The notes: generated by a model not told the origin, from the sequence alone. A DNA stretch of 64,000 bases from an uncultured beta proteobacterium (GCA_963734295.1 CAVTGS010000019.1:19437-83436), one strand, 5' to 3'. Counted from the stretch's first letter, positions 1 through 10,495 are shown. Translations and numbers: made by a program.

Positions 1-123
1 CGAGGGGGCATCGTGCAGCAGATGGATAACGCGCACACCCGGAGCATAGCGGTCGAGCACCGCTTCCACCTGGCCGACGTAGAGATCGTTCGATCCGAAG
101 TCGCTGAAGAGGACAATCGCCAT
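1..123 (-). CDS. SAM hydroxide adenosyltransferase / SAM-dependent chlorinase-fluorinase family (DUF62), 5' part, runs off window edge
   Basis: Not in ORF track; manual translation from ATG at 123 gives MAIVLFSDFGSNDLYVGQVEAVLDRYAPGVRVIHLLHDAPS, matching the family N-terminal I-x-L-x-[TS]-DFG-x2-D-x-YVG motif. Confidence 0.8.
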   Translation of the reverse strand, partial: MAIVLFSDFGSNDLYVGQVEAVLDRYAPGVRVIHLLHDAPS

Positions 124-127
124 CGGA

Positions 128-718
128 TCATGCCGTCGGGACGGCCGCGCCCGCCCTGCCGGCATGCGGCCGGAACCAGTCGCGCAGGAGCGCCCGGCGC
201 ACATCGAAGCCGACGAACATGAATCGATCTTCGTCGCGCAGCACCGGACTGTGCGTGCGCTCGTAAGGGTGCTCGCGCGCGACGAGTCCGGCCGGGACGA
301 GGGCGTGCTTCTTGTGCGGGTCGAGCAGCAGGATCTCGCCGCTGGCGTGACGGCACGCGCGCGATGCGGCGTCGACCACTCCGAGCCGGCCCGAGTGGAC
401 GACGACGATCACGAAGTAGACCCCAGGGTAGTTGTGCCGGTCGTCGTGCAGGCTCACCGGACCGCAGCCGTGCAGCGTGAAGCGGTCGAAGCTCATCCAG
501 GCGGCGGGAAGGCCTGTCTTTGCCGCAATCTCGTGCCGGAGTGCGCCGACGAACGCGAGGCTCACGTGCTCCCGCAGCGCGTCGAGCTCCTTCGTCTCCT
601 CGGCCGGGAAACCGCCGGGGCACAGTTCGCATGCCAGAGGATAAAGCGCCTCGAGCCCCGGGCGGCAGGCCTCGACCTGGTGGCCGGTGCGAATCAGGGT
701 AGCGTGCCGCGTCGGCAT
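128..718 (-). CDS. hypothetical protein, putative 2OG-Fe(II) oxygenase / cupin-fold
   Basis: 196-aa ORF; H91-x-D93 (SLHDDRH), hydrophobic strand YFVIVVV, GEILLLDPHKKH with distal H138, RFMFVGF near the C-terminus; stop 4 nt before the DUF62 start. Confidence 0.6.
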   Translation of the reverse strand: MPTRHATLIRTGHQVEACRPGLEALYPLACELCPGGFPAEETKELDALREHVSLAFVGALRHEIAAKTGLPAAWMSFDRFTLHGCGPVSLHDDRHNYPGVYFVIVVVHSGRLGVVDAASRACRHASGEILLLDPHKKHALVPAGLVAREHPYERTHSPVLRDEDRFMFVGFDVRRALLRDWFRPHAGRAGAAVPTA

Positions 719-726
719 CGTGAACG

Positions 727-753
727 AAAAAGGCCGGGACGCTCCCGGCCTTT
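727..753 (-). terminator. intrinsic terminator of the alpha operon
   Basis: Minus strand AAAGGCCGGGA-gcg-TCCCGGCCTTTTT just after the rplQ stop. Confidence 0.85.
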
Positions 754-776
754 CATGAGCCGTGACCGGCGCCTGG

Positions 777-1172
777 TCAGGCTTTCGCCTCGGCCGGGGC
801 GGCGGCGGCCTCTTCCGGCCGGTCCATCAGCTCCACCAGCGCCATCGGCGCGTTGTCGCCCTGGCGGAAGCCGAACTTGAGGATGCGCAGGTAGCCGCCG
901 TTGCGCTTGGCATAGCGCGGCCCGAGCTCGTCGAACAGCTTCACCACCATCTCGCGATCGCGCAGCCGGTTGAAGGCGAGCCGACGGTTCGCGAGCGTCG
1001 GGGTCTTGCCGAGCGTGATCATGGGCTCGGCCACGCGGCGCAGTTCCTTCGCCTTGGGCAGGGTGGTCTTGATCACCTCGTGCCGGAGCAGGGAGTTGGT
1101 CATGTTGCGCAGCATCGCCAGGCGATGGCTGCTGGTGCGATTGAGCTTTCTCAGACCGAGACGGTGACGCAT
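777..1172 (-). CDS. rplQ: 50S ribosomal protein L17
   Basis: [24 protein letters not shown]...[19 protein letters not shown]; true ATG at 1172. Confidence 0.97.
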   Translation of the reverse strand: MRHRLGLRKLNRTSSHRLAMLRNMTNSLLRHEVIKTTLPKAKELRRVAEPMITLGKTPTLANRRLAFNRLRDREMVVKLFDELGPRYAKRNGGYLRILKFGFRQGDNAPMALVELMDRPEEAAAAPAEAKA

Positions 1173-1204
1173 GGGTGGTGGCTCCGATTGACTCCGAATC
1201 TGCC

Positions 1205-2184
1205 TTACGGCTTCTCCAGACCGGCCGGCGGCCAGTTCTCGAGCTTCATGCCCGAGCGTGAGGCCGCGCGATGCCAGCACTTCCTTGATCTCGTTGAGCG
1301 ACTTGCGCCCGAGATTCGGCGTCTTCAGGAGCTCGGTCTCGGTGCGCTGGATCAGGTCGCCGATGTAATAGATGTTCTCGGCCTTGAGACAGTTGGCGGA
1401 GCGCACCGTGAGCTCGAGATCGTCCACCGGACGCAGCAGGATCGGATCGACCTGCGGCGCCCTCGGCGTCTCGATCGCAGCCGGGGTGCGGACGAATGTC
1501 GGCGAAGAGCTGCAACTGATCGACCAGGATGCGCGCCGCAAAGCGGATCGCCTCTTCCGGTTCGACGCTGCCGTTGGTCTCGATGTCGATCATCAGCTTG
1601 TCGAGGTCGGTGCGCTGCTCGACACGCGCCGACTCCACCGCGTAGCTCACGCGGCGCACCGGGCTGAAGGACGCGTCCAGCATGATGCTGCCGATCGAGC
1701 GCGAATCCTTGTCGGTGATACGCGAGGTGGCCGGCACGTAACCGCGACCGTGCTCGACCTTCATTTGCATGTCGATCTTGCCGCCAGCGGCGAGGTGCGC
1801 GATCACGTGATCGGGATTGATGATCTCGACGTCGTGTGACACCTCGATGTCGCCGGCGGTTACGACGCCCTCCCCCTCCTTCTTGAGGGCAAGCAGCGCA
1901 TCCTCGCGATTGTGCAGCTTGAGCACCACGCCCTTGAGGTTGAGCAGGATGTCGACGACGTCTTCCTGCACACCGTCGAGCGTCGAGTACTCGTGCAGCA
2001 CGCCCGCGATCTTGACTTCGGTCGGCGCGTAGCCGGGCATCGACGAGAGCAGGACACGGCGCAGCGCATTGCCGAGCGTGTGGCCGTAACCGCGCTCGAA
2101 CGGCTCCATCGTCACCTTCGCGTGCAGCGGCGAAATGTTCTGGACGTCGACGATCCGCGGCTTCAGAAATCCGGTGCTTTGCAT
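1205..2184 (-). CDS. rpoA: RNA polymerase alpha subunit (apparent frameshifts near 1490 and 1250, likely sequencing indels)
   Basis: [10 protein letters not shown]...[17 protein letters not shown]; [22 protein letters not shown] in a second frame; [14 protein letters not shown] ends at 1205. Confidence 0.95.
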
Positions 2185-2205
2185 AGGGAGTGATCCTGAC
2201 AACGA

Positions 2206-2836
2206 TTACTTGGAGTACAGCTCGACGACCAAGCTTTCATTGATGGTGGGCGGCAGCTCGGAGCGCTGCGGCAATGCCTTGAAGGTGCCCTTCAGGGCCT
2301 TGATGTCGACCTCGATCCACTCCGGGAAGCCGCGACCTTCGGCCGCCTCGGCCGCACCCTTGACCCGCAGCTGCCCCTTCGCCTTTTCGGCCACCTCGAC
2401 CACATCGCCTGGGCGCACCTGGTACGACGGAATGTTGACGCGCTTGCCGTTGACCACGATGCCGTTGTGGCGGACGATCTGGCGCGCCTCCGAGCGCGAC
2501 GACACCGAAACCCATGCGGTAGCACACCGTGTCGAGCCGGCTCTCCAGCACCTGCAGCAGGTTCTCGCCGGTGATCCCGCGGCGGCGGTCGGCCTCGCTG
2601 GTACGCGCTCGCGGAACTGGCGCTCGAGCACGCCGTAGATGCGGCGCACCTTCTGCTTTTCGCGCAACTGGTTGCCATAGTCCGACTTGCGCAGGTTCTT
2701 CTGACCGTGCTGACCGGGCGGCATAGTTGCGGCGCTCGATCGCGCACTTGTCGGTGAAGCACTTCTCGCCCTTGAGGAACAGCTTCTCGCCCTCGCGGCG
2801 GCAGTGACGGCACTTTGCGTCCGTATAGCTGGCCAT
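2206..2836 (-). CDS. rpsD: 30S ribosomal protein S4 (several apparent indels)
   Basis: [26 protein letters not shown]...; PGQHG...[13 protein letters not shown]; ...[12 protein letters not shown] split across frames. Confidence 0.95.
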
Positions 2837-2849
2837 TCTCGCAGCACTC

Positions 2850-3240
2850 CTAGATGCGACGCTTCTTGGGCGGGCGGCAGCCGTTGTGCGGCACCGGCGT
2901 CACGTCCGAGATGCTGGTGATCTTGAAACCGCAGGCGTTCAGCGCGCGCACTGCCGATTCGCGACCGGGCCCGGGACCCTTGATGCGCACCTCGAGATTC
3001 TTTACACCGCATTCCTGCGCCGCCCGCCCGGCCTGCTCGGCCGCCATCTGCGCGGCGAACGGCGTGCTCTTGCGCGACCCCTTGAACCCGGCGCGAACCG
3101 GAGGTCGCCCACGACAGCGCGTTGCCCTGGCGATCGGTGATGGTCACGATGGTGTTGTTGAAGGAGGCGTGAACGTGGGCGATACCTTCGGCCACGTTCT
3201 TCTTGACCTTCTTGCGCACTCGCGTGCTTGCCTTTGCCAT
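2850..3240 (-). CDS. rpsK: 30S ribosomal protein S11 (apparent +1 indel near 3095)
   Basis: [24 protein letters not shown] and [13 protein letters not shown]...[18 protein letters not shown]. Confidence 0.95.
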
Positions 3241-3252
3241 GCTCGATATTCC

Positions 3253-3631
3253 TTACTTCGCGGCCGCTGACCGGCCGGCGCCGATCGCCTTGCGCGGACC
3301 CTTGCGGGTGCGCGCGTTGGTGCGCGTGCGCTGTCCGCGGACCGGCAAGCCGCGGCGGTGGCGCAGCCCGCGGTAGCAGCCCAGATCCATCAGTCGCTTG
3401 ATGTTCATGGAGATCTCGCGACGCAGATCGCCCTCGACCGTGAACTTGCCCACCTGTTCGCGCAGCCTATCCATCTGCTGCTCGCGAGAGTTCCTTGATC
3501 TTGGTGCTGACCCCGACCCCGGCAGCCGCGCAAATCTCCCGCGCACGGGCGCGGCCGATACCGTAGATCGCCGTGAGCGCGATTTCGGCGTGCTGATGAT
3601 TGGGGATGTTTACCCCGGCAATCCGCGCCAT
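3253..3631 (-). CDS. rpsM: 30S ribosomal protein S13 (apparent indels)
   Basis: [10 protein letters not shown] start at 3631; [47 protein letters not shown]. Confidence 0.95.
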
Positions 3632-3658
3632 GCATGCTCCCGCGAAAGAAAACCCGTA

Positions 3659-3687
3659 ATTATATTGAGGCTCGTCGCTTCGTTCAA
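3659..3687 (-). promoter_or_regulatory. sigma70 promoter of the alpha operon
   Basis: TTGAAC-N17-TATAAT upstream of rpsM. Confidence 0.8.
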
Positions 3688-3693
3688 GTGCGA

Positions 3694-3809
3694 TCAGCCT
3701 TGCCGCTGCTTGTGGCGCGGATCGCTACACAGATCACGCGCACCACCCGCTTGCGGCGGATGATCTTGCACTTGCGACAGATCTTCTTTACCGATGCCTG
3801 GACTCTCAT
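3694..3809 (-). CDS. rpmJ: 50S ribosomal protein L36, Cys-containing type (apparent 2-nt insertion)
   Basis: Manual translation [27 protein letters not shown](+gt)[10 protein letters not shown]; not in ORF track. Confidence 0.92.
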
Positions 3810-3837
3810 GTCTTTCTCCTATGGCGGTCGCTCGACC

Positions 3838-4056
3838 CTATTTCGCCCGGAACACGATGCGCGCGCGGGACAGATCGTAAGGCGTCAATTCCACCGTCAC
3901 CTTGTCGCCCGGCAGGATGCGGATGTAGTGCATGCGCATCTTGCCCGAGATATGCCCGAGGACGACGTGGCCATTTTCCAGCTTCACGCGGAACGTTGCA
4001 TTCGGCAGGGTCTCCACGACCTCACCCTGCATCTGGATCGTTTCTTCCTTGGACAT
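3838..4056 (-). CDS. infA: translation initiation factor IF-1
   Basis: [30 protein letters not shown]...[17 protein letters not shown]. Confidence 0.97.
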   Translation of the reverse strand: MSKEETIQMQGEVVETLPNATFRVKLENGHVVLGHISGKMRMHYIRILPGDKVTVELTPYDLSRARIVFRAK

Positions 4057-4062
4057 TCAGCC

Positions 4063-5393
4063 CTAACGCGGACGCGGAACGCCCGCCCTTGAAGTGGCAC
4101 TTCTTCAGCAGCGTCTCGTACTGGTGCGAGATCATGTAAGCCTGCACCTGCGCCCATGAAATCCATCGTCACCACCACCACGATCAGCAGACTGGTGCCG
4201 CCGAAGTAGAACGGCACGTTCCATTTCACGATCAGGAACTCCGGCAGCAGGCACACCAGGGTCACGTAGACCGCGCCCGCCAGCGTGAGCCGCGTGAGAA
4301 TCTTCTCGACATACTTCGCCGTCTGCTCGCCTGGCCGGATACCCGGCACGAACGCACCGCTCTTCTTCAGGTTGTCCGCCGTCTCCTTCGGGTTGAACAC
4401 CAGCGCCGTGTAGAAGAAACAGAAGAACACGATGGCGGCGCCGTAGAGCAGCACGTAGATCGGTTGCCCCGGGTGCAGGGTCGCCGCCAGATCCTTCAGC
4501 CAGTTCGTCTCTTCGCGCTGCCCGAACCAGCCTGCGATCGTGGCGGGGAACAGGATGATGCTGGAGGCGAAGATCGGCGGGATCACGCCGGCCATGTTGA
4601 GCTTGAGCGGCAGGAACGACGTTTGCCCGCCGTAGATGCGCTTGCCGACCTGGCGCTTGGCGTAGTTCACCAGGATCTTGCGCTGGCCGCGCTCGACGAA
4701 CACCACGAAGGCGGTCACCAACACCGCGGCCGCAAACAGGAGCAGCACGAACGGGATGGAGAACGCGCCGGTGCGCGCCAGTTCCAGCGTGCCTGCCTAC
4801 CGCTTGCGGCAGGCCCGCCGCGATGCCCGCAAAAATGATGATCGAGATGCCGTTGCCCAGGCCGCGCTCGGTGATCTGTTCGCCCAGCCACATGAGGAAC
4901 ATGGTGCCGGTGACGAGCGTGATCACGGTGTTGAAGCGGAACATCGAGACCGGGATCGCAGCACGAGCCCCGCCTGCCCCTCCAGCGCGACGGAGATGCC
5001 CACCGCCTGGAACGTCGCCAGCACCACCGTGCCGTAGCGCGTGTACTGCGTGATCTTGCGGCGCCCCGCTTCGCCTTCCTTCTTGAGCGCCTCGAGGGTC
5101 GGCACCACCACCGTCATCAGCTGCATGATGATGGAGGCGGAGATGTACGGCATGATGCCGAGCGCGAAGATCGTGAAGCGCGAGAGCGCGCCGCCCGAGA
5201 ACATGTTGAACATGTCCAGAATGCCGCCGCGCTGCGACTTGAACAGCTCTTCCAGCACCACTGGGTCGATGCCCGGCACCGGGATATGCGCACCGATGCG
5301 GTAGACGATCAGCGCTCCGAGCAGGAACAGGAGACGGCGGCGCAGGTCGCCGAAGCGCCCGGAGAGACCGAGGGCGGGATTCGCGGAAGCCAC
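4063..5393 (-). CDS. secY: preprotein translocase SecY (several apparent indels; 3' end approximate)
   Basis: [25 protein letters not shown]; [23 protein letters not shown]; [14 protein letters not shown] in successive frames. Confidence 0.95.
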
Positions 5394-5404
5394 TGGATCG
5401 CCTC

Positions 5405-5839
5405 TCAGACCTCGATGGTGCCGCCCGCCGCTTCGATCGCGGTGCGCGCACCCTTGGTGACGAGCAGACCCCTGAGCTTGAGCGGGCGCTCGATCTTGCC
5501 CTTCAGAATGACCTTGGCCGCGAGCGCCGCGCCACTCACCAGCCCGGCCGCCTTCAGGGCCGGCAGATCGATGACGTCGGCTTGAACCGCGCCGAGCGCC
5601 ACCAGACGCACGGCCTCGCTCCCATTGGAGCGCGGCGGGGTGAAGCCGCGCTTCGGCAGCCGCCGCTGGAGCGGCATCTGCCCGCCCTCGAAGCCGACCT
5701 TGTGGAAGCCGCCGGAGCGCGCCTTCTGGCCCTTGTGACCGCGGCCGGCGGTCTTGCCGAGCCCGCTGCCGATGCCGCGGCCGACGCGACGACGGGCGTG
5801 CTTCGCGCCCGCCGCGGGTTTCAGCGTATTCAGTCGCAT
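5405..5839 (-). CDS. rplO: 50S ribosomal protein L15
   Basis: [26 protein letters not shown]...[17 protein letters not shown]. Confidence 0.97.
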   Translation of the reverse strand: MRLNTLKPAAGAKHARRRVGRGIGSGLGKTAGRGHKGQKARSGGFHKVGFEGGQMPLQRRLPKRGFTPPRSNGSEAVRLVALGAVQADVIDLPALKAAGLVSGAALAAKVILKGKIERPLKLRGLLVTKGARTAIEAAGGTIEV

Positions 5840-5840
5840 C

Positions 5841-6029
5841 TCAACCCTCGCACTTGACCAGGTAATCGACCCGGCGAATCATGCCGCGCACGGCCGGCGT
5901 GTCCGCCACCTCGACGCTCTGGTTGAGGCGCTGCAAGCCGAGCCCGCGCACACAGGCGCGATGGGACGCGAGCGTCCCGATGGGGCTTTTGACCAGCGTG
6001 ACCCTGAGCTTCTTGTCGGACTGGACCAT
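5841..6029 (-). CDS. rpmD: 50S ribosomal protein L30
   Basis: [12 protein letters not shown]...[10 protein letters not shown]...DTPAVRGMI. Confidence 0.95.
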   Translation of the reverse strand: MVQSDKKLRVTLVKSPIGTLASHRACVRGLGLQRLNQSVEVADTPAVRGMIRRVDYLVKCEG

Positions 6030-6034
6030 CGCCG

Positions 6035-6556
6035 TCACCCCGTTATCTCTTCCACCGTCTTGCCGCGCTTGGCCGCGATTTCCGATGGCGTGTTCATGGC
6101 AGCCAGTCCGTTCAGGGTCGCACGCACGACGTTGTACGGATTGGTCGAGCCGAAGCACTTGGCGAGCACGTTGGTCACGCCCATGACCTCGAACACCGCG
6201 CGCATGGCGCCGCCGGCGATGATGCCGGTACCCTCGGAGGCAGGCTGGATGTAGACGGTGCTCGCGCCATGCCTGCCGATCACCGAGTGATGCAGCGTGC
6301 CGCTCTTGAGATTCACCTTGAAGAGCTTGCGCCGCGCTTCGTCGATGGCCTTCTGCACGGCCACCGGCACCTCGCGCGCCTTGCCCTTGCCCATGCCGAC
6401 GCCGCCATCACCGTCGCCCACCACCGTGAGCGCCGCGAAGCCGAGGATGCGGCCGCCCTTCACGACCTTGGTGACGCGGTTCACGGAGATCATCTTCTCC
6501 TTGAGACCGTCGCCACGATCCTCGCCCGACTGCATCTTGGGTTGCATTCTTGCCAT
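6035..6556 (-). CDS. rpsE: 30S ribosomal protein S5
   Basis: [25 protein letters not shown]. Confidence 0.97.
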   Translation of the reverse strand: MARMQPKMQSGEDRGDGLKEKMISVNRVTKVVKGGRILGFAALTVVGDGDGGVGMGKGKAREVPVAVQKAIDEARRKLFKVNLKSGTLHHSVIGRHGASTVYIQPASEGTGIIAGGAMRAVFEVMGVTNVLAKCFGSTNPYNVVRATLNGLAAMNTPSEIAAKRGKTVEEITG

Positions 6557-6568
6557 CGTCGCCCCCGC

Positions 6569-6925
6569 CTAGAACTTGAGGCCGGCTTCGCGCGCGGCTT
6601 CCGCGAGCGCCTTCACACGGCCATGGTACCGGTAGCCGGAGCGGTCGAACGCCACCTGCTCGATGCCGAGGCCCCGCGCCTTCTCCGCGATGCGCTTGCC
6701 CACCACCGCCGCTGCCGCCGCGTTCCCGCCGGACTTGAGCGACTGCCGCACCTCGGGCTCCAGCGTCGAGGCGCTGGCCAGCACCCGATCGCCCTCGGCG
6801 CTGATCACCTGGGCGTAGATGTGGCTGTTGCTTCGATGCACGCTCAAGCGCAACTGCCTGAGCTCCGCGATCTTGGCGCGGGTGCGGCGCGCCCGGCGCA
6901 GCCGCGATTCGTTTTTCTCGCTCAT
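6569..6925 (-). CDS. rplR: 50S ribosomal protein L18
   Basis: [14 protein letters not shown]...[26 protein letters not shown]. Confidence 0.97.
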   Translation of the reverse strand: MSEKNESRLRRARRTRAKIAELRQLRLSVHRSNSHIYAQVISAEGDRVLASASTLEPEVRQSLKSGGNAAAAAVVGKRIAEKARGLGIEQVAFDRSGYRYHGRVKALAEAAREAGLKF

Positions 6926-6934
6926 CTCGCCTCG

Positions 6935-7468
6935 TTACTTCTTCTTGGTCTCTTTCAGGACCACGACCTCGTCCGCGTAGCGCACGCCCTTGCCCTTGTA
7001 TGGCTCTGGCTTGCGGTAGGCACGGATCTCGGCGGCCACCTGACCGACCAGCTGCTTGTCGATTCCCTTCACCAGCACGTCGGTCTGACTCGGTGTCTCT
7101 ACCTTGATGCCCTGCGGCATCTTGTGGGCAACCGGGTGCGAAAACCCGAGCGTCAGGTTGAGGGTGTCGCCGGCGGCCTGTGCGCGGTAACCGACGCCGA
7201 CGAGCTGGAGCTTCTTCTCGAAGCCTTTCGTGACACCGTGCACCATGTTGGCGAGCAGCGCGCGCACCGTGCCGGACATGGCGCCGGACTGCTGGGAAGC
7301 GCCGGCGGCCTTGACCTGGATCTTGTCGCCTTCGCGCTCCAGCACGACGTCGCCCGAGAGCGGCTGGGTCAGCGTGCCGAGCGGCCCCTTCACGAGAATC
7401 CGCGCTTCGCTCACCGTGACCTCGACGCCAGCGGGCACCGTGACCGGGATCTTTGCTACGCGGGACAT
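6935..7468 (-). CDS. rplF: 50S ribosomal protein L6
   Basis: MSRVAKIPV...[13 protein letters not shown]. Confidence 0.97.
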   Translation of the reverse strand: MSRVAKIPVTVPAGVEVTVSEARILVKGPLGTLTQPLSGDVVLEREGDKIQVKAAGASQQSGAMSGTVRALLANMVHGVTKGFEKKLQLVGVGYRAQAAGDTLNLTLGFSHPVAHKMPQGIKVETPSQTDVLVKGIDKQLVGQVAAEIRAYRKPEPYKGKGVRYADEVVVLKETKKK

Positions 7469-7493
7469 GGATCGATTCTCCGGGTGTCCGTCG

Positions 7494-7889
7494 TCATGCG
7501 ACGATGCAAAGCACTTCGCCGCCCACGCCGGACGCGCGCGCCTTGCGATCGGTCATCACGCCGCGTGACGTGGAGACGATCGCGATCCCGAGACCGTTCA
7601 TGACCCGCGGGATGTCGCCCGAGCCCTTGTAGATGCGAAGTCCGGGACGGCTCACGCGCTCGATCTTCTCGATCACGGGACGGCCGGCGTAGTACTTGAG
7701 CCCGATATCGAGCTGCGGCTTGCCGGCCTCGCCGCGCACCGCATAGTCCTCGATGTATCCCTCGTCCTTCAGCACCTGTGCGATGGACACCTTGAGCTTC
7801 GACGAGGGCATCGACACGGACACCTTTTCCGCGCCCTGGGCATTGCGGATGCGCGTCAACATGTCGGCGATCGGGTCGTTCATGCTCAT
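7494..7889 (-). CDS. rpsH: 30S ribosomal protein S8
   Basis: [14 protein letters not shown]...[10 protein letters not shown]. Confidence 0.97.
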   Translation of the reverse strand: MSMNDPIADMLTRIRNAQGAEKVSVSMPSSKLKVSIAQVLKDEGYIEDYAVRGEAGKPQLDIGLKYYAGRPVIEKIERVSRPGLRIYKGSGDIPRVMNGLGIAIVSTSRGVMTDRKARASGVGGEVLCIVA

Positions 7890-7899
7890 CTAGCGCCTC

Positions 7900-8205
7900 C
7901 TACCAGCTCGCCTTGATCATGCCCGGTATCTCGCCGCGCATGGCGATGTCCCGCAGCTTGTTGCGCCCCAGGCCGAACTTGCGGTAGACGCCGCGCGGAC
8001 GCCCGGTCAGCGCGCAGCGATTGCGCAGGCGCACCGGGCTCGAGTTGCGCGGCAGCGCCTGCAGCTTCGCGCGCGCGGCATCCTTGTCCTCGTCCGGCGC
8101 TTTCGCGCTGCGCACGATGGCGTTCAGCTCGGCGCGCTTGGCGGCGAACTTCGCGACCATCTTGCGACGCTTGCTCTCACGATTAACCAGCGACAGCTTG
8201 GCCAT
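7900..8205 (-). CDS. rpsN: 30S ribosomal protein S14 (long, Zn-independent type)
   Basis: 101 aa; [21 protein letters not shown]...IPGMIKASW. Confidence 0.97.
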   Translation of the reverse strand: MAKLSLVNRESKRRKMVAKFAAKRAELNAIVRSAKAPDEDKDAARAKLQALPRNSSPVRLRNRCALTGRPRGVYRKFGLGRNKLRDIAMRGEIPGMIKASW

Positions 8206-8212
8206 GGCTCAC

Positions 8213-8753
8213 TCAGTTCCGGAACGGAAAGTTGAAGGCGGCGAGAAGCGCTTTCGCCTCTTCGTCGGTCTTCGCGGTGGTGGTGATGGTGATGTTCATG
8301 CCGCGCAGCGACGTCGATCTTGTCGTACTCGATCTCGGGAAAGATGATCTGTTCCTTCACGCCCATGTTGTAGTTGCCGCGACCGTCGAAGGCGCGCCCC
8401 GACATGCCGCGAAAGTCGCGGATGCGCGGAATCGCGACGTTCACCAGGCGATCGAGAAACTCGTACATGCGCGCGCCGCGCAGCGTCACCATGCAACCGA
8501 TCGGATAGCCGGCGCGGATCTTGAAATTCGCGATCGACTTGCGCGCCTTCGTGACCACCGGTTTCTGCCCGGCAATCTTCTCCATGTCGCCGACCGCGCT
8601 TTCCATGACCTTCTTGTCGGCCACCGCCTCGCCGACACCCATGTTGAGCGTGATCTTCTGGATACGCGGTACCTGCAGGAGCGACTTGTAGCCGAACTGC
8701 TTGATCAGGTCCGGGACCACGCGCTCCCGATAGTGAGCCTGCAGACGAGCCAT
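8213..8753 (-). CDS. rplE: 50S ribosomal protein L5 (apparent +1 indel near 8310)
   Basis: MARLQAHY...PRIRDFRG...[20 protein letters not shown]; FNFPFRN* in shifted frame. Confidence 0.95.
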
Positions 8754-8761
8754 GTTGATCC

Positions 8762-9080
8762 CTACGCGTCGATGAGTTCGCCGTTCGGACTTGAAGAAGC
8801 GCACCTTGCGCTTGTCCTCGAGCATCCGGAATCCAACCCGATCGGCCTTCTGGGTGGCCGGATTGAAGATCGCCACATTCGAGACGTGCAACGGCATTTC
8901 CTTGTCGACGATGCCGCCGGTCGTGCCCTTCATCGGGTTCGCGCGCTGATGCTTCTTGACCCGGTTCGCGCCCTCGACCAGAACATGCTCGGCATCCACG
9001 ACGCGCAGCACGGTACCGCGCTTGCCCTTGTCCTTGCCGGCGATGACGATCACGTCGTCGCCCTTCCTGATCTTCCGCAT
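8762..9080 (-). CDS. rplX: 50S ribosomal protein L24 (apparent +1 indel near 8787)
   Basis: [22 protein letters not shown]; NGELIDA* in shifted frame. Confidence 0.95.
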
Positions 9081-9088
9081 GAAACCCC

Positions 9089-9456
9089 CTACAGCACTTC
9101 CGGCGCGAGCGAGACGATCTTCATGAACTTCTCGGTGCGCAGCTCGCGCGTCACCGGCCCGAAGATGCGGGTGCCGATCGGCTCCAGCTTGTTGTTCAGC
9201 AGCACGGCCGCATTGCTGTCGAAGCGGATCAGCGAGCCGTCGGGGCGCCGCACGCCCTTGGCGGTGCGCACGACGACGGCGCTGTAGACCTCGCCCTTCT
9301 TCACGCGCCCGCGCGGTGCCGCATCCTTCACCTGACCTTGATCACATCGCCGATGCCGGCGTAGCGCCGCTTGGAGCCGCCCAGCACCTTGATGCACATG
9401 ACGGACCGCGCGCCGGTGTTGTCGGCGACATCGAGCATGGATTGCATCTGAATCAT
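9089..9456 (-). CDS. rplN: 50S ribosomal protein L14 (apparent indel near 9330)
   Basis: [17 protein letters not shown]...; [13 protein letters not shown]...[10 protein letters not shown]. Confidence 0.95.
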
Positions 9457-9590
9457 GGCTAAATCGCTTTTTCCAACTTGAACCGTCCGGCTGCCGTGAG
9501 CCCGAATAAGAAGACGGTCAGTCTTGGAACCCGTCCGGGTAAGTTGATCGCCCGCCGAAATGAAAAGCGGCGGCCTTCGGAAAACCGCGG

Positions 9591-9619
9591 ATTGTAGTGG
9601 AGCGCGGTGCGGCAAGCAA
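9591..9619 (-). promoter_or_regulatory. sigma70 promoter of the spc operon
   Basis: TTGCTT-N17-TACAAT immediately after the rpsQ stop. Confidence 0.7.
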
Positions 9620-9622
9620 GGC

Positions 9623-9886
9623 TTACACGCCCCGCGACTTCTCGAGCAGGCGCGACACCCGCCAGGCCTTGGTCTTCGAAATCGGACGGCACTCCTCGAT
9701 CTCGACCAGATCGCCCTCGTGAAATTCGTTCTTCTCGTCGTGCGCGTGATACTTCTTCGAGCGGGTCATGACCTTGCCGTAGACCGGGTGCTTCACCTTC
9801 CGCTCCACCAGCACGGTGACGGTCTTGTCCATCTTGTCGCTCACCACGCGCCCGAAGAGCGCCCGCGTTACGGTATTCTCGCTCAT
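9623..9886 (-). CDS. rpsQ: 30S ribosomal protein S17
   Basis: [18 protein letters not shown]...[11 protein letters not shown]. Confidence 0.96.
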   Translation of the reverse strand: MSENTVTRALFGRVVSDKMDKTVTVLVERKVKHPVYGKVMTRSKKYHAHDEKNEFHEGDLVEIEECRPISKTKAWRVSRLLEKSRGV

Positions 9887-10078
9887 GCCTGCTTCGCCTT
9901 CTCGTGTCAAAACGGTGCGCACCCGCGCGATGTCGCGCCGCACCTTGCGGAGCTGGCTCGAATCGGAGAGTTGCTGGGTCGCGTGCTGCATGCGCAGGCT
10001 GAAGTGCGCTTTCAGGAGTTCCATCAGCTCCTGCTTCAGCTCCGCCGGCGATTTCGATCTCATCTCCGCTGCGTTCAT
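9883..10078 (-). CDS. rpmC: 50S ribosomal protein L29 (apparent +1 indel near 9905 reads it into rpsQ)
   Basis: [10 protein letters not shown]...[12 protein letters not shown]...[10 protein letters not shown]; removing one base restores an ATGA overlap with rpsQ. Confidence 0.93.
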
Positions 10079-10081
10079 CGC

Positions 10082-10495
10082 TCACCCCACCTGCCTGGTC
10101 ACAAAAGTGGTCGCGATCGGCAGCTTGGCCGCGGCCAACCGGAACGCCTCACGCGCCGATGCCTCGTCCACGCCATCCATCTCGTAGAGCACCTTGCCCG
10201 GCTGAATCTCGGCCACGAAATACTCCGGATTGCCCTTGCCGTTACCCATCCGCACTTCGGCCGGCTTCCGCGAGATCGGCTTGTCCGGGAAGATGCGGAT
10301 CCAGATGCGGCCGCCGCGCTTGATGTGGCGCGTCATCGCCCGCCGCGCCGCCTCGATCTGCCGCGCCGTCAGGCGTCCGCGGCCGACCGCCTTCAGGCCG
10401 AATTCGCCGAAGCTCACCTTCGCGCCGCGGGTGGCGACGCCGGTGTTGCGGCCCTTCTGCTGCTTGCGGTACTTCTGTCTAGCTGGCTGCAGCAT
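10082..10495 (-). CDS. rplP: 50S ribosomal protein L16
   Basis: [16 protein letters not shown]...EVRMGNGKG. Confidence 0.97.
   Translation of the reverse strand: MLQPARQKYRKQQKGRNTGVATRGAKVSFGEFGLKAVGRGRLTARQIEAARRAMTRHIKRGGRIWIRIFPDKPISRKPAEVRMGNGKGNPEYFVAEIQPGKVLYEMDGVDEASAREAFRLAAAKLPIATTFVTRQVG

Noticed and set aside
9623-10078. Apparent L29-S17 fusion, and likewise RpoA-L17, S11-S4, L24-L5, L4-L23 and SecA-ArgJ chimeras in the ORF track
   Set aside because: Each is explained by a small indel; removing it restores normal lengths and stop/start overlaps.
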